DNA of 64,000 bases from Octopus vulgaris (Eukaryota), in NCBI GenBank assembly GCA_951406725.2, contig OX597817.1, positions 91,822,001 through 91,886,000 on the forward strand. Direction: 5' to 3'. The translations under genes and the position numbers were made by a program. Below the pieces are notes generated by a model, which was not told the origin of the DNA, ran no database searches, and saw only the letters and a list, made by a program, of their open reading frames with translations. Position 1 is the stretch's first letter; every line of letters begins with the position of its first letter. Of this stretch, positions 13,799-30,814 are shown in pieces.

Positions 13799-14348
13799 TT
13801 GTTGAAAAGCTGGTCACTTTGTACCCAGTTCAGTGGCCTTTGACTGTCTAAGGCAATAAAAACTGGAAACAAAATTCTTTCTGTACCAAAAACAAGGCAT
13901 GAGCACATGCACACACACACACACACACACAGAAGTTTGTGTGCATATATGTATCTATCTATGTACATATATAGGGATACAGATATCGTTTGTTCACTGT
14001 CACCAAACATCTCAATTCTTCAGTTGTAACTAGTTTGTGATCGAGGTATTATATTTTGCAGGGTACTATTTTCCCTTGAATTTATGATTTCAGAGAAATT
14101 CTTCCTATTTTGCATCTTTGGTATTTTGACTTTACAGTTTGAATTGTAGAATTGTCTATCCAATCAAAATATTGCAACAGCTAACAGTGAAATATACAAC
14201 TTAAAAAGTGGCTTTTTCAACTGTTATCAAGTCTCTGGGAACATTTACATCTATTTTTCAAAAATATAAATTTTGAAATAGTTTGCTTTTGTTTTGAACA
14301 GAAAATTTTTTATATTTTAATGTTCTTGAATAAACTTCTTCACATATA

Positions 14349-14757
14349 GGTGCAGGAGTGGCTGTGTGGTAAGTAGCTTGCTTACCAGCCACATGATTCC
14401 AGGTTCAGTCCCACTGCATGGCACCTTGGGCAAGTGTCTTCTACCATAGCCTCGGGTCGACCAAAGCCTTGTGAGTGGATTTGATAGATGGAAACTGAAA
14501 GAAGCCTGTTGTATATATGTATATACATATTTATGTGTGTGTATATGTTTGTGTGTCTGTGTTTATCCCCCCAACATTGCTTGACAACTGATGCTGGTGT
14601 GTTTGCTTCCCTGTAACTTAGCAGTTCGGCAAAGGAGACCGATAGAATAAGTACTAGGCTTACAAAGAATAAGTCCTGGGGTCGATTTGCTCAACTAAAG
14701 GCAGTGCTCCAGCATGACCATAGTCAAATGAATGAAACAATTAAAAGAGTAAAAGAG
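14349..14757 (+). mobile_element. tRNA-derived SINE family A, full length
   Basis: A box TGGCTGTGTGG, B box GGTTCAGTCCC, internal TA/TG microsatellite. At least 6 copies in the window. Confidence 0.88.
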
Positions 14758-15067
14758 TATATAAAAGCTGAGACAACTATACTTCACAGTTGTTATTTTG
14801 AAATGTTTGTCTTCTGATATTTGTGAGGCCATCAAATAAATATTCAACCCTATTAAATGCTGGCCTTCCTAAACATGAAATAATACGATAGCTCCAGCCC
14901 TAAATAAATTTCACTTGTTGTACTTTTAAAGAAATATTGAACTTCAGATAGAATAAAGTAAAATATAGCTATGAATAAAAGGTGCATAGATTATGAATTT
15001 TAACTGAAGAGATGGCACCTCGAAATAAAAAGTTGCAGGGGGGCAATAAAGCCATGCAACAGCCCTG

Positions 15068-15111
<44 letters not shown>

Positions 15112-15176
15112 ACATGTGCAACATGCACACACACACACTCACACACACACACACACACTCACACACATGCACAACA

Positions 15177-15207
<31 letters not shown>

Positions 15208-15574
15208 GCGCAACATGCACACATATATGCATACATAAACCAATTCAGGTAGCCACAAATCTCAGAAGATGTTTCAACTTAAGCAAAAACGCCTGGCTTT
15301 TTGTTAGTGACTGACTTGTTTTCTACAAAAGAAAAAACTAAAAATCCCAAAGAATCATACAGACATAAATACATGTGCACATGCATGCATGCATGCACAC
15401 ACATACACACATGCATGCATGCACACACACATACACATACATGCCCACACACACTCATGCACTTTCTCTTTTTCTCTCTCTCTCACACACACACACATAA
15501 TATATACATACATACATGTATTATTTGCCTGCATGCATACTACTAAATCCACTTTGAAGAGTATGCATTTGCAA

Positions 15575-16320
15575 TCCAGGAACAGGAAATATCAACCAAA
15601 TACCTGATGAACAAAAGGGATAGAGATGCAGTAAAATGTGACAACTGATGCGGACTTCATGGAGTGAACACTGAAGATATCACCCACATTATAAGCAGAT
15701 ATCCAAAAATGTCATCATGGTATTATCTACCGATGAGACATAATGTTGTAGCTAGGACACTCTATAATGAAATCTATCTGAAGGATAACATTTGAGGACA
15801 AAGAAATAAGAACCCACAGTATGGTAGAAGCCATAGCCACTCGTAATAAAAAGGAGTAATGGTGGAATGTCCCAGTGAAAACCTCAATAAAATGTAAGCA
15901 CAACAGACCTGATATAAGGATTTGGGATAGAGAAGAGAAACTGTGTACAGTTGTGGAAATTAACTGCCCAGCAGATGTTAGCATAAAGCTGAAGATCAGT
16001 GAAAAAGAGAATACCTACACTGAATTATTGAGAAATTTGTTGTTACTCTATCCAGATTACAAGTTTTGGTTTATACCTGTAATTATTGGGACCCTGGGAT
16101 ATGTAACACATTGCCTAAATACCAATCTTAAGATTGGTATTCTCAGAAACAGAAAAGAGAAAGCTAATTCGAAGACTACAGATCCAATCCCTCACTGGAA
16201 CTGTAAAAATCTGTAAAACTTTCCAGAAGTTTATTATTTAAATATATATGAGGATGCCTAGATATGAAAGTATATGCATGAGAAGACATACATAAAACAA
16301 AACATACAAATCTGCACATA
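15575..16320 (+). mobile_element. RLE LINE 3' fragment
   Basis: QEQEI.TKYL, HNRPDIRIWD..VEINCPAD and PVIIG motifs, with frameshifts. Confidence 0.8.
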
Positions 16321-17130
16321 CAGGGGTTGGACAAAATAACAGAAGACCATCATAATTTTGAAATATCTATAAAACTATCAAACGCTTGTTTATTTTTATG
16401 TTTTTTTATTTATTATTAGTGTTGCTTAATATGTTTTGCTAAAATTGCTGTTTCCTTTCAGATATCATCAGCAAAAGGTAATTAAAATTCATTAATATGA
16501 CAGATCTATGAGAATTTCAAAGTGGTCAAATTATTGGTGCTCATATGGCAGGTGCCAGCATAACAAAAACAGCCAAAATGTTTGGTGAATCAAGAAGTAA
16601 TGCCTTGAAAGTAATGACAGTCTTTGAGAAAGAGGGAAGAACCTCATCGTCGAAACAAAACTCTCAGAAGAAAACCAAAACTTTCAGATAGGGACTGTTT
16701 GAATCTTACATAAATTATTAGAAAGGATCACAAAAGTACAGCTCCCAAAATTACTGCAGAGCTTAATGACCACCTTGAGAAGCCAGTTTCCACAAAACTG
16801 TTCACCAGGAGCTGCACAAAGCCAAATTTCACGGGAGGGCTGCAATCAGAAAATCACTACTTTCAAAAGCAAACATTACAAAGCATTAAGTGTGGAATAA
16901 AAACCTACAGAATTGATCCCTAGAGCAGTGGAAGAATGTCATTTTCTTACACAAGTCATCCTTTACCTTATTTCCAACTACCAGCCGAGTATACGTGTGG
17001 AGACAGCCAAAAGAAGCATTTGACTTAAGACTGCCTTCTTCCAACTGTTAAACATGGAGGAGGATCTGTGATGATCTGGGGGGACTATATCTTGGAAATC
17101 CAATGGCCCAATGGTTTCCCTTCGTGGGAC
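16321..17130 (+). mobile_element. Truncated, decayed Tc1-like transposon
   Basis: TA|CAGGGGTTGGACAAAAT terminus. Transposase remnants (GQIIGA, PTVKHGGGSVMIWG). Confidence 0.8.
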
Positions 17131-17134
17131 TGTG

Positions 17135-18025
17135 CATAGGTATGTTGCCCGGAAGCTTGAAGAAGACAGTAGAATTGACATGAAGCGCAGCCTCCCTGGG
17201 ACACAAGGCCACTACATCACATTATACTTTGAAGGCTATGCATTTGCAATCCAGGAACAGGAGATTGCCACAAAGTACTTGGCAAACAAGAGAGACAGTG
17301 ACGCTCTTGCAATCCCAAGGTGCAACCGCATGTGTAGGCTATGTCATGTTTCTGTGGAAGGTATCACACATGTGATTAGCAGCTGACCTAAAATGTCATT
17401 ATAGTACTACCTCCCTATGTGGCACAATGTTGCTAAAACAGTTTACAATGCCATCCACAAAAAAGACTGCCCAGAAATAAACCTAAAAATTCACTTTGCT
17501 ATGGAATATATTCATAAACACCGACTCAAGGAATACTGGTGGAATATTCTCATCAAAACTTCTGTCAAATGTAAACATAACAGGTTGGATATTATTGTTT
17601 GGAACAGAGGGACAAAGGAATGTTCCGCCATAGAGGTCAGCTGCTCTGCAGATATAAATATCCCTTTAAAAATCAAAGAAAAAGCGGATATTTATGGACA
17701 ACTGCTTCAAAACCTCCAGCTTCTATATCTGAACTATGAATTCATACTCATATCAATAATAATTGGAGCACTAGGTTTCGTTAGTAAATGCTTAAAGGAG
17801 AATCTGGATAAACTGGGATTTTCAGAAAGAGAAATCAACCGGCTAATTTGTACATTACAAGTGCAATCTATGAGTGGAACAGTGAAAATATGCAAGATTT
17901 TTCTCAAGTTCCAAATGTGAATTTCTCTGTGTTAACTACATCCCAAAGATTGAGCCTTGTATCTTTATTGGAAACTGGTTCCCTCCTCAGTAGAAGATTT
18001 ATAATAATCAAAAATGGATGATACA
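17135..18025 (+). mobile_element. RLE LINE 3' fragment ending in (ATAC)n
   Basis: CRLC...ITHVISS, HNRLDIIVW and SGTVKICK (ORF 17417-17920). Confidence 0.85.
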
Positions 18026-18171
18026 TACATACATATATATAAACATATATTGGCTGAATCATGTTGTCTAAAAGTAGATCTAGCAAGGACAAAAGTCTTC
18101 CCAAGATAGTAGTCAGGTTCAAAAGAACTTTACAGCTATGCGGAAAAAGTGGCCCTGCTCCATTTGTTTTG

Positions 18172-18392
18172 CTTTCGTTTGTTTCAGTCATTTTGACTGC
18201 GGCCACGCTGGAGCACCACCTTTAATTGAGCAAATCGACTCCAGGACTTATTCTTTGTAAGCCTAGTACTTATTCTATTGGTCACTTTTGCTGAACTGCT
18301 AAGTTACGGGGTCATAAACACACCAGCATCAGTTGTCAAGCGATGTTGGGGGGGACAAACACAAACACATAAACACACAGAGACACACACAT

Positions 18393-18472
<80 letters not shown>

Positions 18473-18630
18473 CAATGAGCTTCTTTCAGTTTCTGTCTAT
18501 CAAATCCACTCACAAGGCTTTAATCAGCCTGAGGCTATAGTAGAAGACTCTTGTCCAAGTTGCCTCACATTAGGATTGAACCCAAAACCATGTGGTTGGT
18601 AAGAAACTACTTACCACACAGCCACACCTG
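18172..18630 (-). mobile_element. SINE family A
   Basis: Reverse complement of 14349-14757. Confidence 0.85.
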
Positions 18631-19369
18631 TTGATAGAAACTCTACACTTTGTACTCAATTTATATTATGAGTGCAAATGAGATGATGCAGAGTAATAGG
18701 CAGGTTTAGGAAGACTGCTTATACTTCATAGGAATAGTTAGCAGTCAAAGCACTCATGGAATGATTTTCTTCACAAACCTGAAAAGAAATAGTTGCTAAC
18801 TTCTATTTACTTGTCAAGCAAATCAGCTGTGGGATTGGGTGTTCCAAAGCATAGGAGTTAGAGTATGAACAAGGTAGAACATGTTTCGGGATTATCTCTG
18901 CAAGAAGTAAAAGTTTTTTCTCTCTAATTGAAGGGCTAAGCTTATGATGAATGTGTATGCAGTGTGCTATTACTTGCTGACAAAATAGACCTTAAGTGTG
19001 GGAGCTGGGAGCTGCATAAAGAGTGGAAAGAAAGGAGGTGATTATACTTGGATTGATGTGTAAGACTGGTGTAAAATGCTGAGAGAATACAAATGGGCTG
19101 GGGGAAAAAACCATTTATATGAGGAATGAATTGTAGTGGGCAAGAGAAAAGACTGCACTGTTATGGACATATCTTTTAAGTAAACAAGTAACAAATGATC
19201 CAAGTGAGAAGCCTGCAGATGAGGGAAGATATAGAAAGAAGGGGTTAAAGCAGATTTCACAAAGTTGAACTGCACAAATGATGACAAGGGTATGCAACAA
19301 AGAGTGGGAGGTTGCACAGTAGAAGACCATCCATGGCATAGAACCATGGAAAAATGGATGTTAAATGAT

Positions 19370-19626
19370 GGTGATAGTGATGATGATCATAATCATGACA
19401 CATACACACACGGTTAGATAGAAAGGTAGACAAACAGACAGACATATTTATGTATATATTTATACAAATATGATATGTGTGTGTACGAAATTTTCTATGC
19501 ATAGAGGAATGTGTTTAATATAACAAAAAAATCTACATTTGGATTAAAAGAAATGTGTGAATCTGCGTAAATCTCTGTATGAATAAATAAGTCTATGATT
19601 GTATCAAGGGATATGTATATTTTCGT

Positions 19627-19658
<32 letters not shown>

Positions 19659-19730
19659 GCATATATGTATATATATATATACATATATATATATACATAT
19701 GTGTTATGTGTATATATATGTGTTATATAT

Positions 19731-19797
<67 letters not shown>

Positions 19798-19820
19798 GTA
19801 TATATATACATATGTATATA

Positions 19821-19899
<79 letters not shown>

Positions 19900-20152
19900 C
19901 ATATCCCTTGATACAATCATAGACTTATTTATTCATACAGAGATTTACACAGATTCACACATTTCTTTTAATCCAAATGTAGATTTTTTGTTATATTAAA
20001 CACATTCCTCTATGAATAGAAAATTTCGTACACACACATATCATATTTGTATAAATATATACATAAATATGTCTGTCTGTTTGTCTACCTTTCTATCTAA
20101 CCGTATGTGTGTTTATGTGTCATTATGATTATGATCATCATCACTATCACTA
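19370..20152. repeat. Long inverted duplication (core arms 19410-19623 and 19892-20104) around a TA-rich spacer
   Basis: Arms are reverse complements with only a few differences. Confidence 0.9.
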
Positions 20153-20311
20153 CACTCACGGAGTGGTTGGCGTTAGGAAGGGCATCCAGCTGTAGAAACA
20201 TTGCCAGATAAGACCGGAGCCTGGTGCAGCCTTCTGGCTTCCCAGATCCCCGGTCGAACCGTCCAACCCATGCTAGCATGGAGAACGGACGTTAAACAAT
20301 GATGATGATGA

Positions 20312-20384
<73 letters not shown>

Positions 20385-20559
20385 TATATATTCATTTATG
20401 TATGTGTGTGTGTGTGTGTGCATGCTTAAAATCAAGAGTACTCATTTTGATTAAAAGAAAAAAACTATGAAAAATTACTTTATGTGGTTATATATGAATA
20501 TATGTATACACATAGACATCTGTGTGTGTGTGTGTGTGTGTGTATAAATATATATGTGT

Positions 20560-20621
<62 letters not shown>

Positions 20622-20622
20622 A

Positions 20623-20698
<76 letters not shown>

Positions 20699-21595
20699 AT
20701 ATATGTGTATATATATATATGTATGTATATGTATATATATACGTATGTTTGTGTAAGCATGTATATATATATATGTTTACTGTTTATGTGTACATATTTA
20801 GATTTATCTGTGTGCCTCAGCATCGTATGTATGCATGTGTCCATGTAACTAAGCATACATGTATATATAAAAAATCAAATTATTACCCATTTGAAATAAA
20901 TTTTATAAAAAAACAATTTTGAATCTATTTCCTTTGATGTCATCATCATTGCCATCATCTTCATCATCAAACTCACCACCACCATCACCATCATGCCTTC
21001 ACCAACATCACCACTACCACCATAACCATCATCAACAACATCACCATCATTATCTTCATTCCCTTCACCATCATCATCATCATCAAAGAGAAAATACAAA
21101 ATAAAAACCACTCCAATAAATTCTATCAAAACTTTACCATTTCCCTTCACTCTCCACTACCACCCCACTGTCTTTGATTCAGCTGATTCATGTATATCTT
21201 GTGAAGAGCTTGACTGAATCCTAATCAATATAAAACGGTTTGGCATTATTCTTTATATTGTTGTTCCCTACCCACAACTCTATTACTAAACCTGTGCCAA
21301 CTTTGGTAAATTTCCTGTGATAATTTTCAAATATGTATATATACACACACACATTTATGTATTAGTATACATATATGTGCACATGCATGTGTGTGTGTGT
21401 GTGTGCATGTGCATACGTATGTGACTTTGTATTACATTGATACACACGCATATATATTTAATCGAAATCAAGGGTCATAAAAATCTCATTTTATTTTACA
21501 ATAAAATATATGTATAAATAATTGAATACATAGAAACGTACATCTGCATATGTGTATGTGCGTATGCATTTATGTGAGTTTGTGTGTGTGTATAC

Positions 21596-21635
<40 letters not shown>

Positions 21636-21639
21636 ATAC

Positions 21640-21677
<38 letters not shown>

Positions 21678-21915
21678 GTATGTACACATACAAACAAATG
21701 GGTGTTCCTATGTATACATATATGTATATCTGTGTATGTATAAACTGAAAAACTCACATAGAAGAGAAATATTAGTACTGAGTCAGTACTTACTACATTT
21801 ATAAGTAAATATGTGTGCCAGTGTGTACACACACACATATATATATAGCCAAATATATATATATATGTATGTATATATGTGTATGTATGTGCATATGTAT
21901 ATATAACTATAACTA

Positions 21916-21958
<43 letters not shown>

Positions 21959-22166
21959 GCATATATATGTGATATTTTTAAACTAATCATATTCAAATCA
22001 TTGTATTACAACTTCACAGGATTTTTTCTGGAATTTATTGTTATTATCAAACATTATATAATAAAGAAAACATCATAATCATCACATCAGCAGCGGCGGC
22101 GGCAGCAGCAGCAGCAGTAGCAGTAGCAGTGGTAGTAGTAGTGGTAGTAGTAGTAGTAGTAGTAGT

Positions 22167-22257
<91 letters not shown>

Positions 22258-22819
22258 ATTGTTGTTGTTGTTGCTGTTGTTGTTTAATTATTATTATTTT
22301 GAATGAAAAGGACAGTGGATGGCACAATCAGTGGAACATCAGGCAGAATCAATAGGGCAGCATACACAAAAGGCCTTGCTGAGGTGTTTCATTAAATTAC
22401 TTTACATTAGGATTTCAAATCCCGCCTTTCATAGGTCCTTTTTTTACCTTTTTCTCTCTGGAGGTTAATAAAAGAAGTAACGATAAAATGTTGTGGTTCA
22501 TTTTATCAACTATATAACACCATACCCAACTTCAAAAGGTTATTTTTATGGTAAGAGTGGCATAGTGTTGAACAAAAATAAATACCTATCATGAACTTGG
22601 GTTAATGCAATTGCATGTTTCTTCTACATAATCTTTAGAATTTCTGAACTTGTAAGAATTTATAATTATTATTATTATTATATTTCAAATTCCACTGAAG
22701 TCGACTTTGCTTTTCATTCTTTTGGGGTCGATAAATTAAGTACCAGTTGAACACTGGGGTTGATGTAATCGACACATCTCCTCCCCAAAAATGGCTACCC
22801 TTGTGGAAAAATTTGAAAC

Positions 22820-22888
<69 letters not shown>

Positions 22889-23119
22889 CATAGGCAGCCG
22901 GCTGGCAGAATTGCTAGTGCCCCGGGAAAAGTGCTTAGTAGCATTTCATCCATCTTTACGATCTGGGCTCAAATGCCACTAGGGTTGACTTTGTCTTTCA
23001 TCTTTTTACAGTCGATAAAATAAGTACCAGTTGAACACTTGGGTTGATTTAATCAACAAAGCCCCTTCCTCAAAATTGCTGGCTTTGTGCCAAAATTTGA
23101 AATCATCATTATTATTATT

Positions 23120-23250
23120 GAGTGAGAGAGCAATACATACCATCAAAATGACACTGAAGTACAGATATACAAAGTCCAATATACCCATCATAACCCATTA
23201 TGACCACCCATCACATGCATCAAAGCCATATGTGCATGACATGGTGATCT
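23120..23250 (-). mobile_element. 3' fragment of element X
   Basis: GAGTGAGAGAGCA...CCATCAAA is the reverse complement of the element X 3' end, next to (ATT)n. Confidence 0.7.
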
Positions 23251-24065
23251 CAAGGACATCCAGCTGTATAAACAAGCCAAAATGGACTGTAGCCCCTGAC
23301 CTTGCTAATTTCTGTCAAGCCATCTAACCCATGCCAGCAAGGTAAACAGATGGTAAATGTTTATGATGCTGGTAATGATGGTGATGATTATTTATTTATT
23401 TATTTTACAAAACAGTAGTGTTATGGGTTCCGCCAGTTTTCTTCACTGAACATCAAACAGCTGCAAATATCTTCAAATATTCAGAATATACCTTAAGGTT
23501 CTAACTTTACAGAGAAGACATACTGTCTATAATTTCACAATTATTACAGCAAACATAGAAAGCTATTTGGTGATATTTTCAGACACTGTACTTAGTGCTC
23601 CTATTATAACAAGAATTATTCTCTGCAGTTCCAAAACCCTTTTTAATCCTTACTTTATATCTGGCTATTTATCTATCTTTTCATGTTATCTTCCTTTTAT
23701 CTTGTGTTCAAATGAGCTGGCTTCATCTATAATGATGCAAATTCTAGTAACTTTCCTGAGAACAATGTAATCTGGTCTTGAATGTTCCAATTTTTTTTAT
23801 CAGTTTTGTGATTTTCATGACCCAAATAATTCTTAATTTTTCAACAATGTTCAATAACATACAATTATAACACTTTTCGTAGTGTTCTCACACTTGCCAG
23901 TGTATAAACTTTTACAGTTTTATCATGTCTCTTGTATTTGTATTGTTTCTGCACCAAGTTCTTATTCTCTGATATCAAGTGGCTACAATCTCTTCTTTTT
24001 AACACTTATACCTTCCTTATCTCTTCTGATTGCTCGTAACTTAATGACCTGTTCTTAGGAAATCT

Positions 24066-24739
24066 GGATCTTTACCTTTTGACAGATTTAAAAAATAATT
24101 TTTTGAAACTAAACACTTTCAAACTTCGGACACTGGTAGAATGTGTCGTATAAAACATCTTTTACTCTTAGCATTTTTAAGAAAAACTTAAATTTACGAA
24201 GTTATTTCACATTAAAGTTGTCCTATTTCAGTAATTTCAACCAGTCAATGATGTGTATTTAGCTGAATAAAATTACTGCCATTGTTTATCAACAACTATC
24301 GGCAGTGTATTTTCCAATTGTCGCTGTTATTTATGACATCGTTCGTGCATTTGTACTGGTTATAGCTTTAAAGTTTTAGGGTTAGGGTTAGGGTTTTAGG
24401 GTTAGGGTTAGGGTTAGGGTTAAAGTTTTAGGGTTAGGGTTAGGGTTTAGGGTTAGGATTGTCATAAATAACAGTGACAACCGAAATATACACCACTGGA
24501 AGTTCTTGTTGACAAACAGCAGCAGTAATTTTATTCAGCTGAATATACATCATTGATTGGTTGAAATTACTGAAATAGGACAACTTTAACTTGAAATAAC
24601 TTTGTAAATATAAGTTTTCCTCAAAAATTCTAAGAGTAAAAGATGTTTTATATGACACATTCTACCAGTGTCCGAAGTGTGAAAGTGTTTAGTTACAAAA
24701 AATTATTTTTTAAATCAGTCGGTCAAAAGGTAAAGATCC
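24066..24739. mobile_element. Foldback MITE with ~270-bp TIRs and a central (TTAGGG)n tract
   Basis: Termini GGATCTTTACCTTTTGA / TCAAAAGGTAAAGATCC. Telomeric repeats at ~24375-24457. Flanks GAAATCT / GATATCT. Confidence 0.85.
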
Positions 24740-25097
24740 GATATCTTTATAACACCTTCAGTGACTTTCTTCATATCCCCAGTCCTTTACCAGTTTCTGT
24801 CCTCATTTTTGTGACCACTCTTAGCTACATTACTTTCTTTAAATTCATTTTGCTCTGTTACAGGTTAGGTTACTGTTATTATCATTGTTTCTGTTGTTAT
24901 TTTAGTTGCTGCTGTTATGGTGGTTGTTGTTGTTTACTGGCTTTTTATATTCTGAGTTCAAATCCTATTAACACCTTTCATCCTTCCTAGATTGATATGA
25001 TAAAATACTGTCCAATGATATCAACTAAACCTCACCTATCAACATTGCTGGCCTTGTACCTAAATCAAGAACTATCATTATTATTATTATCATTATT

Positions 25098-25132
<35 letters not shown>

Positions 25133-25133
<1 letters not shown>

Positions 25134-26640
25134 CCTTCATAATACAGTATAGGTAAAAATGCACCAGAGTCTTTAGTCATCTGTCAAGTTACAATACGGA
25201 CCTCAGACAGATAATACATTTCTTAAGATGTGGTTTGTGCCCAATAAGGCTGCTTTTTGCAAGACATCAATCTTACATGGGATTTCCAGTTGCCTTAAGA
25301 AGTCTTGAAGTTTCAATAGGATTGAATCCAATGCTCCAATCACCACTGGTATCACTTAAACATTCCATACAATCTTGCCATTTCCACTTTCAATTCGGAG
25401 TACTTGGTGATTTTTTCAACCTCTTTACTCACAACATTCATGTCATTTGGTATGGCTACATCAATGATCTGACAGTATTTGTCTCTCTTATTCAATATGA
25501 CAATATCCAGCTGATGGTATTCGATTACACGATCCGTATGAAAATCATAGGCCTAGAATATCATTATTTTTCCATCATCCTGCATAACTTTACTTGGCAC
25601 ATGTTCGTACCAGTTCTCTGTTACTTCATATCAGCATTTACGGCATAAGAGCCAATGAAGATACACAAACATTTTATTGTGGCGGCGCTTGTATTCTTTT
25701 TGTGCAAGGCTTTCACATCCACTTACCAAGTGGGTCACATTTTCCACACTCTCTCCACAGAGTCTGCATTTCTGGGTGTCAGAAGTTTTATAGATGTTAT
25801 ACTTCTCCGAATTGGTAGCGAGAGTCTAGTTTTGTGCAACAATGACCAGGCTTTTGGTGGTATGGTTCAAATCACTTCACTCAGGCCATGCCCACGATGC
25901 TGTATTATCCTTAAAATATTGTGTACTCCTTTCAATCTGTCCATGCATTCTCATTTCAAGAAAGTCTTCGTTTTTCTTCTCCTCAGCTCTTTGGTTAGAC
26001 CCTTCCTTGACCATCATTTCATCTACATTTACACCTATATCTTTCGCAGCAATTTGCAGCATGTCTTCATCACTATTTATCAAATATTCGGCAAGCATTC
26101 TCTTTTCACTCTTTATACAATGGTCTATACTAATTAATCCTTTGCCACCGTTCTTTCTTTTCATATACAGTCTGTTTTCATTTGCTTTAGGGTGTAGCGC
26201 CCCATGCAGCATCGTCAACTTTCTTGTCCTTCTATCCAGTCTTGATATTTCCTCCTTAGTCCATTTCAGGATGGACACACTATATCTGACCACTGCAACT
26301 GCTCAGATATTCATTGCAGTAATTAAATTTTTGGCATTCAGGTTGGATTTCAACACCATATTCACCTTTTTTTGATACACCTTGCTGACCTTCACTTTCA
26401 TTTTTCTGTGTAGAATGTCATCCAGCTCCAAAATCCCTAAATATCTACCGTTGGGTTCACCCATGGTCTCTCTACGGGCTGCTTTCTTCCCTCTTTTCAT
26501 AGTAAATACTGAGCATTTGGTAATCCCAAATTCCATACCAATGTCCCTATCACACTTCTGGACTGTTTTGGTTAACGAATCTATCTGTTTTTCAGATTCT
26601 CCAAACAATTTCAGGACCTCCATAAACAGAAGATAATTCA
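25133..26640 (-). mobile_element. Decayed R4/Dong LINE
   Basis: ORFs 26303-26713 and 25877-26293 (GMEFGITKC, YLGILE, LDRRTRK..LHPK). (AAT)n tail on the minus strand. Confidence 0.85.
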
Positions 26641-26754
26641 AAGATGGGCCTTTCTTCCCACATCGGTAACCTTTCTCTTCAGCCAAAGACTCATTGACTT
26701 TTTCAGGTTCCACCTGATGTACAAAAACAACAAGTTGGTGTATTAATATTATTG

Positions 26755-26796
<42 letters not shown>

Positions 26797-27338
26797 TGCC
26801 TTGATGCAGTACCAGACAGTGGCTCTCACAGCTTCTGATCTTAACTGATTGGAAGTGTTATCATGCACATTGTTTTGTCTTGGTATAAAAGATGGAATAC
26901 AGCGAATATTCTGCTCAATACCACAGATTTGCTTGTCAGTTGTTTGACCTAAACCAGTTGACCATGTCCTGACGATATGTGCATCTCTGATCACAAGCAG
27001 AAGTAGTTGGGGAGCATCATAGCCGTATGTTGAAAGGAATTCTTGGAGGTTTGGATAATTCTCCTTTGGAAACATGGGTGGTTCGTTCATCATCCTTAAA
27101 CAATCCTTATTCAGGGACCTTTTGTGTGGGATGGGCTACTCGGCCAAAAGAAAATTCTAACTGGGCCCCACAAGGTCATGTGCTGTTTATCTTGATATGA
27201 GATCACCATGTCGCGCACATTTGGTTGTGATGCATATGCCTGGTGTACACCTATCTGACAGGTAGTCATGATGGGTATACTGGGCTTTGTATAGTTTACC
27301 CCAGTGTCACTTTGATGGCATGCACTGCTCTCTCACTC
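26797..27338 (+). mobile_element. Element X, full length, (AAT)n on both sides
   Basis: Colinear with the other copies. Confidence 0.85.
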
Positions 27339-27376
<38 letters not shown>

Positions 27377-27390
27377 TGATGATGATGATG

Positions 27391-29865
<2,475 letters not shown>

Positions 29866-30545
29866 TAATAATAATAATTATAATGATAATAATTATAATG
29901 GTTTCAAATTTTAACACAAGGCCAGCAATTTCGGGGACAGGGATAAGTCGATTACATCAACCTCAGTACTCAACTGGTACTTATTGTATTGACCCTAAAA
30001 CACTGAAAGCAATGTCAACCTCAACAGAATTTGAACTCAGAATGTAAAGACAGATGAAATGCCACTAAGCATTTCACCCAGCATGCTAATGATTATATCA
30101 GCTCACAGCTTTAATAATTATAAGAATAATAATAATTGTTTCAAATTTTAGGACAAGGCCAACAATTTCTGGGGAGGAGGTAAATCAATTACATTGACTC
30201 CAGTACTCAACTCATACTTATTTTATCAATGCCGAAAGGATGGAAGGTAAGGTAAGACATTTTGAATGAGGAATATATTTGATTAAATTGAAAACCAGTA
30301 CTTGCATAGGAGGCTATTTTAATAACACTAAAATCATGAAATACAAAGTTGATCCTAACAGGATTTACAGTCAGAATGTGACAACAAGAGCCAAATCAAT
30401 ATTTCTTCATCCTGTTTCTGTTAACTTCCATTTCAAAATATTTTCAGTCCAGTTATCAACCTTTCTACAGTCAAAATTTACTTCAACAAGCTGTACCACT
30501 ACATGTACTTGTGAAAAACATCAAATTAATAAGTTGCATCCTTAC

Positions 30546-30684
30546 CTGATACTGTAGAAGACTCAACTCTTGAAATTTGGGAATACTGTTCTACTACCCT
30601 TCTTGAATGTACTAATTGTTCAGAGGTTTTCCTTTCAAAAATCCTCATTTCATTTTTTGTATAACTCAAACATTGTTTTAATTC
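30546..30684 (-). CDS. Exon of host gene ELKQCLSYTKNEMRIFERKTSEQLVHSRRVVEQYSQISRVESSTVS
   Basis: Acceptor ttttccag, donor G|gtaag. 139 nt, phase 0 to 1, joins in frame to 11521. Confidence 0.75.
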
Positions 30685-30814
30685 CTGGAAAATATTTTCC
30701 AAAATTAAATATGTATAAATATTAAATCTGTGCAAAATTTCATTCATAAAGGTTTGGTGACTGAGCAAATATGGGGTATTATTAGCTGCAAGCATTTTAC
30801 AGAATTTCTGTTAT

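Noticed and set aside
15600-15630. CTGATGA motif
   Set aside because: Part of LINE coding sequence (KYLMNKRD), with no stems.
19495-21958. Many YI/CV/HT-rich ORFs (also ~36700-38700, 43750-44190 and 63180-63840)
   Set aside because: Dinucleotide microsatellite translations.
24375-24457. Telomere fusion or healing scar
   Set aside because: Single orientation and centred within TIRs; better explained as part of the MITE.
25235-26375. Long plus-strand ORFs
   Set aside because: Antisense shadows of the minus-strand LINE.
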